IMG/VR virus record: IMGVR_UViG_3300012682_000009
Coordinates: 1 to 39,508 of that record
Source: a virus
Lineage: Duplodnaviria > Caudoviricetes
DNA length: 39,508 bases
Reading direction: 5' to 3' (one strand)
Below the pieces are notes generated by a model that was given only the letters and a program-made list of their open reading frames with translations, made no database searches and was not told where the DNA came from. The position numbers and the translations under genes are program-made. Shown in pieces: positions 1-7,398 of the stretch; positions within the stretch are counted from its first letter, which is position 1, and each line of letters opens with the position of its first letter.

Positions 1-1
1 C

Positions 2-2452
2 CCCGGTAGCCTCCGAGGTCCGCCTGCGGTAGAGCCCCTCGAGCTTCGACAGTTCGGCGTCGGACGCATTAACCAGCTGCGCTACCAGCGGGGCGCCTTC
101 CGGACCCATCCGAGCCAGTTCATCGAGGGTGCCCTGCGACACCCGGCCGGCCAGCTTAGTCATGTTGTCGGCGTGCTTCTCCTGCGCTTCGACCTGCCGC
201 TGCAACTCGCCGAGATACTCAGTCACAGAGACGCTGACCGTCCCGGCGTAGTCCTCCCAGCCCTTCTTCTGCCCGTCGAGCGCGGCGATCTCACGGTCAC
301 GCTGGTCCTCGACGTTGCGAATCGCCTCATCCGATACACCCTTGTTGCTTTTCATCCCGTCGAGCCGGATGTCGTACTCCCGCCGGACCGCCTTCTCCTT
401 CTTGTCGACACTGTCGTTCTGGGCTTGCGCGGACTTCTCCGCGTCGGCCTGCTCAGCCTCCGTCTTGGACGCGATCAGGTCTGTGTACGCCCCGAGCGGC
501 TGCACGAAGTCAGCGAGGGACTGCCCCCACTCCTCCACCTGCTTGGTCATGGCCTTAGTGGCTTCCTCGTCCTTCTGCATGCCCTCGGCGTACTTCTGAA
601 GGCTGTCGTAGATCGTGCCCAACGGCGCTTGCAGCGCGCCGATCGCCCCCGCCGCCTCATAGGCACCTTCGGCGGTGTCCTTCTGCTCCCGGTTCGCCGC
701 CGCCAACGCGTCGCCGTAGCCGCCCATGCTCGCAGTCAGCTCCTCGACACTTCCACCCTCAGCCTGGACAGCAGCGACCATCCGGCCGAACAGCGCTGCG
801 GCTTCCTCGATGTTCCCGCCTGTCACCATTGAGGCGAGCGTCGAGTCCAAGTTCGCGAGCACGTCGCGGGCAGTTTCGACCTCGTTCAACCCGGTCCCGT
901 CGATGATGCTGAGCCTGTTGTTGTTCGCGACCTTCAACTTGTCGGCCAGCGACTCGAAGTCCCCGCCGAGATGCCGGGCCACATCACCGGTCAGTTGCTG
1001 AGTGTCGGCGTACTCCCGCAGGTTCTCGGTCATCGTCGCGACCTCAGGTGCAGCGGTCTGCAAACTCCGGCCGATCAGGTAGACAGCGCCAATGATCACC
1101 GCTGCCCCGGCGGCGAGCGCCGCAGCCTTCATCGCCACCCCCAGCGCGCCGACCGCCACCGACGCAGTCCACGAGCCAACCCCAAGGCTGATCAGGCCCG
1201 CTTCGAGCGCGAGGATCTTCGGAATGATGATCAGCGCCGCACTACCAGCGAACGACAGCGCCGCACCCAAAGCTCCGACGATGACAAGAGCCGCTTGCAC
1301 CGGCTCCGACAGGCCGGAGAAGAATCCGGCCAGGTCGGAAATCCCACCGACCGCCGAGCCGATCGCCGGCAGCAACACCGTCCCAAGGTCGATAGCCAGT
1401 TCGTTCAGGCTGTTCTTCGCCACCTGAATCTTCGAAGAAGTCGTCTCATACCGCTTGTTCGCCTCCTCGACCAGCGCCGTATTGGCCTTCCACGCCTCGT
1501 TACCGAGCTGCGTCGATGCGGTCGCGAGACCTTGCGCGTTGCTCAATCGCAGCAGCAAGTCCCGAGTCCGGATCTCGGAGAGTCCGAGTTCGTCCAACAC
1601 CATGAAGGTCGACTGGCCGCTGGCGGTCATCCGGCCCAATCCGTCGATGAACATATTGACGGCGCCCGCTGCATCCTGCCCGAACCCAGCCGAAAGTTCC
1701 GCGGTCGTTACCCCGGCGACCGCGGCGAACCTCTCGAGGTTTGCCCCGCCAGTCTCCACTGCGACAGCCATGTCGATCATCACGCGGGAGATGGCCGACC
1801 CGCCGGCCTCAGCTTCGATACCCACCGACGACATGGCGTTAGCGAAGCCGAGAACCTCACCTTCGGTCAGGCCGATCTGCTTGCCGGCACCAGCGATCCG
1901 CACCGCCATCTGCAAGATGTCGGCTTCGGTCGACGCCCCGTCGTTGCCGAGCGCCACCAGCGTTGAGCCGAGCCGGTCGATGTCACCGCCCGCAGTGCCC
2001 ATAATATTCGCGAGCCGCGCCATCGACGTCGCGGCCTCATCAGCCGTCAAGTTCGTTGTCTCACCAAGGTCGATCATCGTCTTGGTGAACGACGTAATAT
2101 CCTCGCGCTTCACACCGAGCTGCCCGGCGGCCTCAGCTACCGCAGCGATCTCCTTGTGCGTCGTCGGCAGGGTCGTCGCCAGACCCCGGAGTTCTTTCTC
2201 GAGTACCGCCATCTGCTCGGCGCTGCCGCTCACTGTCTTACTGACCCCAGCCCAAGCGGATTCCCACTCGATAGCGGCCTTCGCCGACACGACCAGACCA
2301 GCAGCCATCGCCGCACCCATAACAATGGCGCCCTTGCCGACCTTCGACATGGCGTCGCCCTGCCGCTTGGCTAGGTCAGATGCGTCCTCGAGCCCACGAC
2401 GGAAGTCCTCGATGTCCGCCCGGAGCTCGACGATCACAGTGCGAACTGACAT
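2..2452 (-). CDS. Tape measure protein (TP901-type core), 3'-truncated by window edge
   Basis: Not in ORF track because it runs off the edge. Manual translation from ATG 2452: MSVRTVIVELRADIEDF...AAIEWESAWAGVSKTVSGSAEQM...EIAAVAEAAGQLGVKREDITSFTKTMIDLGETTNLTADEAA; GGAGG upstream; follows tail chaperones. Confidence 0.93.
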   Translation of the reverse strand, partial: MSVRTVIVELRADIEDFRRGLEDASDLAKRQGDAMSKVGKGAIVMGAAMAAGLVVSAKAAIEWESAWAGVSKTVSGSAEQMAVLEKELRGLATTLPTTHKEIAAVAEAAGQLGVKREDITSFTKTMIDLGETTNLTADEAATSMARLANIMGTAGGDIDRLGSTLVALGNDGASTEADILQMAVRIAGAGKQIGLTEGEVLGFANAMSSVGIEAEAGGSAISRVMIDMAVAVETGGANLERFAAVAGVTTAELSAGFGQDAAGAVNMFIDGLGRMTASGQSTFMVLDELGLSEIRTRDLLLRLSNAQGLATASTQLGNEAWKANTALVEEANKRYETTSSKIQVAKNSLNELAIDLGTVLLPAIGSAVGGISDLAGFFSGLSEPVQAALVIVGALGAALSFAGSAALIIIPKILALEAGLISLGVGSWTASVAVGALGVAMKAAALAAGAAVIIGAVYLIGRSLQTAAPEVATMTENLREYADTQQLTGDVARHLGGDFESLADKLKVANNNRLSIIDGTGLNEVETARDVLANLDSTLASMVTGGNIEEAAALFGRMVAAVQAEGGSVEELTASMGGYGDALAAANREQKDTAEGAYEAAGAIGALQAPLGTIYDSLQKYAEGMQKDEEATKAMTKQVEEWGQSLADFVQPLGAYTDLIASKTEAEQADAEKSAQAQNDSVDKKEKAVRREYDIRLDGMKSNKGVSDEAIRNVEDQRDREIAALDGQKKGWEDYAGTVSVSVTEYLGELQRQVEAQEKHADNMTKLAGRVSQGTLDELARMGPEGAPLVAQLVNASDAELSKLEGLYRRRTSEATG

Positions 2453-2496
2453 GACCGACCCCCTCCGCTTCGTTGGCTTGTGGGACGCTGGCCGGT

Positions 2497-2649
2497 ATGG
2501 ACAACAGCGGCGGACTCATCGAACTGCTCATCGCTTCACTCGTCGGACTGCTCCTGCTGTTCGCGGTGATCCACATGGCGGTGCTGTCCGCGATCCGCGA
2601 GTCCCGCAAGCCGACCCGGGCGGAACGGAAGCGCACAGCGGGTAGTTGA
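2497..2649 (+). CDS. Small (50 aa) single-pass membrane protein, counter-strand
   Basis: MDNSGGLIELLIASLVGLLLLFAVIHMAVLSAIRESRKPTRAERKRTAGS: hydrophobic helix then basic tail; GACGCT -10-like hexamer 7 nt before ATG; fills the gap between TAC and TMP. Confidence 0.6.
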   Translation: MDNSGGLIELLIASLVGLLLLFAVIHMAVLSAIRESRKPTRAERKRTAGS

Positions 2650-2814
2650 CCTGCGTTGGGAACCGCGTAGAGTGCGCAGCGCGACCCCTTCTACGCAGGG
2701 ACGATGAAGCCGGCGCGTGTCGCGCCGCCGCTGGGAGATCGGCGCCCCAGCAGGCCCCCGGGCCGCAGGAGGCAAAGCGTAGAGACGGCCACCTGTCGGC
2801 TCCGGGAACCCGAC

Positions 2815-3156
2815 CTAGACGCGCTTCCGCACGCTCAACGTCTTACCGCGCTGCCCCTCCCACTCCGGGCCACGCATGTTCGACTCCACCCGCTCCTTCT
2901 GCTCACAGCCAGCGCAAACACCGATGCTGAACTCATACGCCCGCCGATCCCCACCTTGGCTCGGATCCCACTCCTCCGGCCGGGTGCCACAGCCGGAACA
3001 GGTCCGGCGGTGCTTCACCTGCCACGACAGAGCCCAATCCCGATCCGAGGCCGTCCAGATGTGCGGGCCACCGAGGAAGAATGAGCGGGGGATCCCGGCC
3101 GGGCCGCAGTAGTCCATGACAGCGGCGCTGCCGTCATCGGACATCAGCCTTTTGGG
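2815..3156 (-). CDS. Tail assembly chaperone, -1 frameshift extension (gpGT C-terminal part)
   Basis: -1 frame continuing from CCCAAAA (DPKRLMSDDG...WTASDRDWALSWQ...CSGCG); lies between gpG-like gene and TMP. Confidence 0.8.
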   Translation of the reverse strand, partial: PKRLMSDDGSAAVMDYCGPAGIPRSFFLGGPHIWTASDRDWALSWQVKHRRTCSGCGTRPEEWDPSQGGDRRAYEFSIGVCAGCEQKERVESNMRGPEWEGQRGKTLSVRKRV

Positions 3157-3713
3157 ATCTGCACCGACCTCGGCCGGAAGATCGCCGTCAAGCAAGCGTC
3201 GAACGCAGCCTGCTTCTCAGCTTCCTGCCAGTCGCCGTCCCGGCGGAGCTCGTGTGCCCACTCAGCTTCAGTCAGCGCCTCCTCACCGTCCGGGGGGACG
3301 ACGCACAACGCGAACACGGCAGGGATCAGCGTCTCCGGGTTGAACCGCGGCGGGGTCGGTGCCGGACTGTCGGCTGCCTTCGCCTTCGCCGCCTCAGTCT
3401 CATGCGCCGCCGTCTGCCGGGGTGTCGGTGTGTGGGCGTCGCTGGACTGCAACTCGTCGAAGAGATGCTCGCCGATCGACTGGAAGGTGATCGGGCTGAC
3501 GTGCGCCCGTAGCGCGTCCCGGGCCGCATCCCACCGGACTTGAGCTGCGGCGCGTTCCGGTGAGTCGCCGTCGTGCCGGAGCCGGGCGAGGCGCAACTCT
3601 GCTTCGGCCCGTTCCATCTCGAGCGTCTCAGCTTCGGTTGGGTCGTCCAACACAAGGTCGTAGTGCGTCCGGCGGCGTGTTTTCCGTCTCAAAGCTGAAC
3701 GGAGGTTGCCCAT
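3144..3713 (-). CDS. Tail assembly chaperone (gpG-like)
   Basis: 189 aa ORF after major tail gene; ends ...QIPKG over a slippery heptamer. Confidence 0.85.
   Translation of the reverse strand: MGNLRSALRRKTRRRTHYDLVLDDPTEAETLEMERAEAELRLARLRHDGDSPERAAAQVRWDAARDALRAHVSPITFQSIGEHLFDELQSSDAHTPTPRQTAAHETEAAKAKAADSPAPTPPRFNPETLIPAVFALCVVPPDGEEALTEAEWAHELRRDGDWQEAEKQAAFDACLTAIFRPRSVQIPKG
3150..3156 (-). other. Programmed -1 ribosomal frameshift site CCCAAAA
   Basis: C CCA AAA fits X XXY YYZ, just before GGC TGA; -1 frame is open to 2815. Confidence 0.85.
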
Positions 3714-3723
3714 CGTAGATCTC

Positions 3724-3793
3724 CCTGGCGGTAGTCCTGGCGGTGGAAGGCTTGGAGCGGGGCGCCGTCACCGCCAGGCAGACGACGCCCCGC
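3724..3793 (-). promoter_or_regulatory. Hairpin/pseudoknot leader upstream of the tail chaperone gene
   Basis: 13-bp stem 3757-3769/3781-3793; loop CCTGGCGGT is complementary to two downstream ACCGCCAGG copies (3736-3744, 3724-3732). Confidence 0.55.
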
Positions 3794-3803
3794 CGTCTTA
3801 GAA

Positions 3804-4286
3804 CTACACCGGCAGGGTGATGTTCTCGGCGGGCTTGTCGGTGATCCCAAAGGTGATCGTCAGCCGCGCCGCATCCTCACCAATCGACCGGATCTTCCCG
3901 ACGCTCCCGACACGGATCGGGAACACATCAGCCTTCCGCCCGCCCGCGTCACCGCCGTCGGCGACGAGGATGAATCCGTTCGTCAGGCGGGGCAGAACAG
4001 TGCGGACGTCCGCGCCGCCGATGTCGGCGTAGAAAGTCAACGACGACTCGTCCACCTTGATCTTGCCGGGCATGTTCTCCTCGAAGTCGCTCCCGAGGTC
4101 CGGGGTCGCGATCGTCCCGGACGTGATCAGCCACCCGGACAGGTCGGCGATCTCGTTGGTCAGGTCCGTGCCGGCGTTGATCTCCAACCGGGTCGGGACC
4201 TTCGTCGCCGCGGCGATCGTCGGCAGAAAATGAATCTTCGCGGTACCGGCGTTGAAGTACCGGGTAGTGGCGGCCAAGGTTGCCAT
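3804..4286 (-). CDS. Major tail (tube) protein
   Basis: 160 aa, PTRLEINAGTDLTNEIADLSGW...TPDLGSDFEENMPG; position directly before the chaperones. Confidence 0.88.
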   Translation of the reverse strand: MATLAATTRYFNAGTAKIHFLPTIAAATKVPTRLEINAGTDLTNEIADLSGWLITSGTIATPDLGSDFEENMPGKIKVDESSLTFYADIGGADVRTVLPRLTNGFILVADGGDAGGRKADVFPIRVGSVGKIRSIGEDAARLTITFGITDKPAENITLPV

Positions 4287-4287
4287 A

Positions 4288-4563
4288 TCAGATCTCCGTA
4301 TTCGTGTCGATGATGCCGGTCAGCGCGTCGACGAGCGTCTTACGCGGCTTCGTGCGGTCCTGCTCCACCGTCAGGGCGGCGGCGGCAGCGTTCGGGTCGT
4401 CACCGACATCGGCGAGAACCTCAACGATCGTGCGATCCGAGGTGAGATCGGTGACCGGCGTCCAACCCGGCAGGAACGGCAGTGCTGTCTCAGCGAGGAC
4501 AGCCTCGCCATCGACGTCGGCGTGCCGGACGCGAACGAATCCGTCCGGGATCTGGGCGGGCAT
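4288..4563 (-). CDS. Hypothetical virion-module protein (91 aa)
   Basis: AAGGAG RBS before ATG 4563 (MPAQIPDGFVRVRHADV...); stop abuts major tail start. Confidence 0.7.
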   Translation of the reverse strand: MPAQIPDGFVRVRHADVDGEAVLAETALPFLPGWTPVTDLTSDRTIVEVLADVGDDPNAAAAALTVEQDRTKPRKTLVDALTGIIDTNTEI

Positions 4564-4585
4564 GAGGCTCCTTCGTTTGCGCGTT

Positions 4586-4618
4586 CGCCTATGCAGGCGC
4601 ATAGGCGTGAGGTAAGGT
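4586..4618 (+). promoter_or_regulatory. Inverted repeat plus -10 hexamer of a leaderless counter-strand operon
   Basis: CGCCTATGC-AGGC-GCATAGGCG (4586-4607); TAAGGT at 4613-4618, 6 nt before ATG 4625. Confidence 0.5.
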
Positions 4619-4624
4619 GCAGTC

Positions 4625-4765
4625 ATGGCACGCAACCCGATGAGGAACCGGGTGGTCCGGATGCCGGACGCACTCTGGGAAGCCGCGAGGCGCAAGGCCG
4701 ACCAGCGTGGGGACGTGCTCGCCGAGGTGATCCGTCAAGCACTGGAGAGGTACGTGAAGCGATGA
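4625..4765 (+). CDS. Ribbon-helix-helix (CopG/Arc-like) DNA-binding protein, 46 aa
   Basis: Below ORF-track cutoff: MARNPMRNRVVRMPDALWEAARRKADQRGDVLAEVIRQALERYVKR, typical strand-helix-helix pattern; ATGA overlap with next gene. Confidence 0.8.
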   Translation: MARNPMRNRVVRMPDALWEAARRKADQRGDVLAEVIRQALERYVKR

Positions 4766-5130
4766 GCCGAAACATCTACGGGGAGCGCCTGGCCCGGCGG
4801 CAGTGGCTCCGACCGAAGTGGTACGTGCTGGACACTGGCGGCGGCGGTTGGATCGGCTCGGCGGTTCCGGGGACCGTGAGTCGACTTGCGGAGACGGTGC
4901 CAGCGAACTGCACGGACTGCGGCATTGACCTGGGCCGCAGTTGGTGTGAGTTGCCTAGCGGCCCTTCATGCAGGGCCTGCCGCGACGCGCGCTGGCCCTT
5001 CATTGAGCCGCCAGCATGGAAACGCCCGCTGCTGGCCGTCGTTCATCGGACTATCTGGCCGCTCAGTTCGGCGGTTGACCGGCTCTACTGGTGGCACTGT
5101 GAGCGCTTCGGGAAGCGGGTGATGCTGTGA
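4762..5130 (+). CDS. Hypothetical Trp-rich protein with two CxxC motifs (122 aa)
   Basis: MSRNIYGERLARR...CTDCG...CRACR; 4-bp overlaps at both ends. Confidence 0.7.
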   Translation: MSRNIYGERLARRQWLRPKWYVLDTGGGGWIGSAVPGTVSRLAETVPANCTDCGIDLGRSWCELPSGPSCRACRDARWPFIEPPAWKRPLLAVVHRTIWPLSSAVDRLYWWHCERFGKRVML

Positions 5131-5360
5131 TGAGCGAGCCCGAGGTCTACGTCTCCCACGTCGACGACTTGCAGCAGGACCGCATCTGCGTCCCAGAGAT
5201 AGGACAGGACCCCCACGACCACGGACGGCACGATCACGTCCCGGGCGAGCGGACCTTGACCGTTGATGTGCGGCCCATCGCGACCGACCCTGACGCCGAG
5301 GCGGCGTTCCAACGGCTCGTCGGCAAGCGGGTGCGGCTCGTGGTCGTGGAGGAGGGATGA
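5127..5360 (+). CDS. Hypothetical protein (77 aa)
   Basis: Coupled by overlaps on both sides; contains GGAGGA RBS for next gene. Confidence 0.7.
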   Translation: MMSEPEVYVSHVDDLQQDRICVPEIGQDPHDHGRHDHVPGERTLTVDVRPIATDPDAEAAFQRLVGKRVRLVVVEEG

Positions 5361-5557
5361 TCGGCGAGGACGGGTTCGTTGCCCTGCCAGATGCGGCGAA
5401 GGACGTCGGCATCTCGGTGCGAGCCCTGCAAGGGATGATCCGCCGCAAAGAGGTTCGATCCCACGGGCACTTCCTGTCCCCACGCGTAGACCTATACGAA
5501 GTTCGCTTCGCCTACTGGCAGCATTTGCGCGACAAGCCTCGCAAACCGACCCGCTAG
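5357..5557 (+). CDS. Excisionase/MerR-like helix-turn-helix protein (66 aa)
   Basis: FVALPDAAKDVGISVRALQGMIRRKEV resembles HTH_17-type motif; converges with tail terminator gene. Confidence 0.65.
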   Translation: MIGEDGFVALPDAAKDVGISVRALQGMIRRKEVRSHGHFLSPRVDLYEVRFAYWQHLRDKPRKPTR

Positions 5558-5967
5558 GCGGGCTGCGCGGTGATGACGAACTGCGGCGTCGAGAACGCCA
5601 GATGCGGGGTCACATCCCGGTCGAGGCGGATACCGGACGGGCCGTCCGGCGGTGCGAAACGCAACACCCGCCAGCCTTCGGCCTGCGGCGGGACCGCAAG
5701 GGCCTGCCGCACCCGATGCTCCAAGAACTCGACCCCAGCCGTGTCCAACGCGACGCACTGCACCTGATAGGTGACGACGACCATCTCGTGCGGATTCCGC
5801 AACGATCCCGTCCAGCGAGTGTCAGTGCGGGACAGGAACCCGTACGGGGACACAGCCTGCGGTGGGGCTCCGAGATCACCTATCGGCCGGCCTGTCGACG
5901 ACCGGAGGCGGTCGAGGATTGCTGTCGACAGCGACGCCAACGACGGAGCGATCAGCGGCGTGGTCAT
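5554..5967 (-). CDS. Tail terminator protein
   Basis: 137 aa, PIGDLGAP...PYGFL...TYQVQCVA; last neck-module gene. Confidence 0.75.
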   Translation of the reverse strand: MTTPLIAPSLASLSTAILDRLRSSTGRPIGDLGAPPQAVSPYGFLSRTDTRWTGSLRNPHEMVVVTYQVQCVALDTAGVEFLEHRVRQALAVPPQAEGWRVLRFAPPDGPSGIRLDRDVTPHLAFSTPQFVITAQPA

Positions 5968-6332
5968 TCGATGATCCCCCGCACCACGTCATCCAACGCC
6001 GCCAGGAAGCGCGGGCCTTCCCGGTCCAACGCCGGGCCGAGGTGCGCATTCGGTGCGGTCGTCGCGTTCCCGAACTCATACACGTAGCCCAGGAAGCCTT
6101 GATCATCGGCGCTGTTCTCCGGGCCGATCTCACCGGCCCAGCCGGACGAGGTGGCGGTCACGGTGTAGGTGATCGAACGCGGATACCTGGGGGCGTGAGC
6201 GATGCCGGTCGAGAACTGCTTGGCATCCCGTTTCACGTTCGCCGACCCGCGATCCACCACACCTTTGATCTGCCGGGTCGCTTCAGCGCCCATCCGGCCC
6301 AGCTCGACAGCCAGGTCGTCGAGGGTGCTCAT
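5964..6332 (-). CDS. Neck/tail-completion protein (HK97 gp10-like)
   Basis: YPRSITY...GEIGP...GYVYEFGN...PNAHLGPAL motif; synteny. Confidence 0.75.
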   Translation of the reverse strand: MSTLDDLAVELGRMGAEATRQIKGVVDRGSANVKRDAKQFSTGIAHAPRYPRSITYTVTATSSGWAGEIGPENSADDQGFLGYVYEFGNATTAPNAHLGPALDREGPRFLAALDDVVRGIIE

Positions 6333-6724
6333 CCGGCGTCGACTTCGCAGCCGAGACGACGGGCCGTCAGGTGGCTGCCAGCGGCGACCTGCACTACCCG
6401 CAGCACCGTCCCGACGAGCGCCGGGTCCAACGTCGAGACAGTGACCGTCACACGGTCATCGACCGCGAACTGCACGGCCGAGATCGGCACGGACACGACG
6501 AACGGGAACAGGCTCACAGCCTGCCCACCAGCCTCCACCACCCGGTCGGAGGTGCCGGCCGGCTTCACCCGGCAGGGACCGGTGTAGACGCTCACACCCG
6601 GCGTCGTGGCGTAGGTGCCGGTCGCGGGGTCGAAGGTCTGCGACGACGTGCCGCGGGTGATCGTGCAAGTGTCGACCATGAGTGCTTCCGCAGCGCGACG
6701 GCCGGCGAGCGTCGCAGAGATCAT
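6329..6724 (-). CDS. Head-to-tail stopper (DUF6093-like)
   Basis: GRRAAEALMVDTCTITR...FDPATG...VYTGPCRV...TARRL; synteny. Confidence 0.8.
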   Translation of the reverse strand: MISATLAGRRAAEALMVDTCTITRGTSSQTFDPATGTYATTPGVSVYTGPCRVKPAGTSDRVVEAGGQAVSLFPFVVSVPISAVQFAVDDRVTVTVSTLDPALVGTVLRVVQVAAGSHLTARRLGCEVDAG

Positions 6725-7398
6725 CTGTCTGATGAGTGCGTCAAGAGGATCACGCTGCGCGCGCGCACCCGACCAGGCAGGAGCCGCGCCAACTCATCCT
6801 CGCCGAGATACAGCAGTCCCGAGGACACGGCGTTATCCCGGGTCCACGAGTAGTCATCGATCGACTCCTGCCTCTTACCTTCAGGGTTCTGCATCACACG
6901 CAGGACCATCGCTACCTGCACGGCCTCGATGAGTGATGAGGTGAGGGTGCCCGCTGTGACACGGGCGGCGAGCGTCGGCAGCCGGGCGGTGATGATCGCT
7001 TCGGCGTCCTTGAGAAGCTGCGTCGCCAGGGTTAGCTCAGCAGCGGTCAGTGGCCGCCACCGACCCGCGACGCTGGCCGGGTCGGAGGTGAAGGGGAACC
7101 GGCCGACCGTCCCGCCAGGATTGACGAGAAGTAGATCGTCGTCATCATCGACGAGCGCCGCCCCGCCGACAGTGCTGAACGTGTGCCGCAGGAAGTATCG
7201 CCCGGCGACGAGGGTCAGCGGGTAGGTGCCGGTGAACTGCACCGCGCTGCCCGTCGCCGTCATCACGGTGGCGGCGGCGGCGACAGTCGTCCGGCCAGCG
7301 TCGGAGAAGATCGTTCGGGTAGGTGCGGACGCAGGGGCGACAGTCAGCGTGTACGTGTAGGTGCCACCGGAACCGGCGGGCTTCTCGACACTTGCCAC
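6721..7398 (-). CDS. Head-to-tail adaptor (Gp19/Gp15/Gp42-like) with extra N-terminal domain
   Basis: C-terminal half RWRPLT...MVLRVMQNPEGKRQESIDDYSWTRD...GLLYLGEDEL; first ~100 aa is a beta-rich extension. Confidence 0.8.
   Translation of the reverse strand: MASVEKPAGSGGTYTYTLTVAPASAPTRTIFSDAGRTTVAAAATVMTATGSAVQFTGTYPLTLVAGRYFLRHTFSTVGGAALVDDDDDLLLVNPGGTVGRFPFTSDPASVAGRWRPLTAAELTLATQLLKDAEAIITARLPTLAARVTAGTLTSSLIEAVQVAMVLRVMQNPEGKRQESIDDYSWTRDNAVSSGLLYLGEDELARLLPGRVRARSVILLTHSSDR

Noticed and set aside
173-2645. Long plus-strand ORFs (219, 331, 396 aa)
   Set aside because: Antisense shadows of the tape measure gene, expected at high GC; the same applies to most plus-strand ORFs over terL, portal and capsid.
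2697-2714. AGGGACGATGAAGCCGGC resembling SAM-I riboswitch or hammerhead core
   Set aside because: Lacks SAM-I P1 AUC, pseudoknot loop and GCAACC; lacks hammerhead CUGANGA and GAAA.
2720-2811. Canonical HDV-like ribozyme
   Set aside because: P3/L3-like GCC-UCCUGC-GGC is present, but P1 would be 10 bp and no C-G-A-A type J4/2 precedes P2'; kept only as a generic structured RNA.
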